DNA from: Phoronis australis
Taxonomy: Eukaryota > Animalia > Phoronida
Length of the DNA: 64,000 bases
NCBI GenBank assembly: GCA_002633005.1
Contig: NMRA01000142.1
Span: forward strand, 62,001-126,000
Direction: 5' to 3'
The notes beneath the pieces were generated by a model. That model was not told the origin of the DNA. It was given only the letters and a program-made list of their open reading frames with translations, and made no database searches. The position numbers and the translations under genes are program-made. Below are positions 63,501-64,000 of this stretch, one piece after another (the stretch's first letter is position 1; each line of letters begins with the position of its first letter).

Positions 63501-63836
63501 TTGTAAGCAGATGCCTGAACTTTTCGACAAGGTGGTCAGTTCATATTTTGCAGTAAAAATGTTATTTAACATAGGGTCCAGTACGACTCATTGTGTTTAC
63601 TGGTATTGTAATGTCCCTACACTTGCTGGTAGATGTAGTAAACCTACAGTAACTGAAAAATATCATTGTCAATGATGTTCTATTGTCACAACATGTACTG
63701 GACCTGAACTAGGTTCAGCAAACCATACCTTGGTAAAAATCTCATCATCACATCACCATCACCTGTTGCTGCAGCCCCGCCCACATCACTGTCGGCATAG
63801 CAACCAGCCCCAACTACTGGAGAATCCCCCACACGT
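57533..63836 (-). CDS. AGA: Aspartylglucosaminidase (N4-(beta-N-acetylglucosaminyl)-L-asparaginase), last three exons; 5' part lies beyond the window
   Basis: Exons 63836-63729 ([36 protein letters not shown]), 61703-61570 ([10 protein letters not shown]...[18 protein letters not shown]) and 57633-57533 ([13 protein letters not shown]...QCLKSY*) join in frame at GT-AG sites. Confidence 0.93.
57911..58155. repeat. Minisatellite, ~65-bp unit x ~4
   Basis: aaagcaatcgttttggagctacttataatttatga..ga.atgaaaaaa repeated. Confidence 0.8.
58590..58760. repeat. Minisatellite, ~60-bp unit x 3
   Basis: tggatttcatagttatttttgtctaagcaaac repeated three times. Confidence 0.75.
62378..63194. mobile_element. 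PIF/Harbinger-type MITE in an AGA intron
   Basis: taa|gggctgttccagcaaaatctgcatgggaggggg ... ccccctcccacacagattttactggaacagtcc|taa: ~40-bp TIR, TAA TSD. Confidence 0.8.
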
Positions 63837-64000
63837 CTAGAATTAATATAAAGACACATATTACGTATATCACGCAGGCAAACATAAACTCAAACTTAAG
63901 GCAAAATTCATGGACATTACATCTAGGGCTTGGAATGACCAATGACAAAAAAAGGAAAATTTTCCAGGTGAAGTATCATTCCACAAATAAATAGGCGTGT

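Overview
AT-rich, intron-containing eukaryotic DNA, most likely an invertebrate animal, from a draft assembly (661-bp N gap; two single-N joins each flanked by near-identical duplicates). No prokaryotic features, CRISPR arrays or rRNA. Genes assembled by hand from splice sites: a TMEM272-like membrane protein (+, ~4.7-7.9 kb), a single-exon DUF229 alkaline-phosphatase-superfamily type II membrane protein (+, 22828-25074), an 8-exon H-NOX soluble guanylate cyclase (+, 37363-47090), an unrecognised two-exon 155-aa gene (+, 51895-53740) and the last three exons of aspartylglucosaminidase AGA (-, 57533-63836). The rest is many transposon relics: a deleted Mag-like Gypsy with 140-bp LTRs and a nested LINE tail, a gag-protease fragment, L1/Tx1 and other LINE fragments, a tRNA-Asn-derived SINE, and non-autonomous DNA elements with 9-bp, 5-bp, TTAA and TAA target duplications. 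The most interesting signal is the guanylate cyclase: an intact beta-type heme H-NOX domain joined to an alpha-like catalytic domain in which the catalytic Arg is Asp. All family calls come from motif recognition, not database searches.
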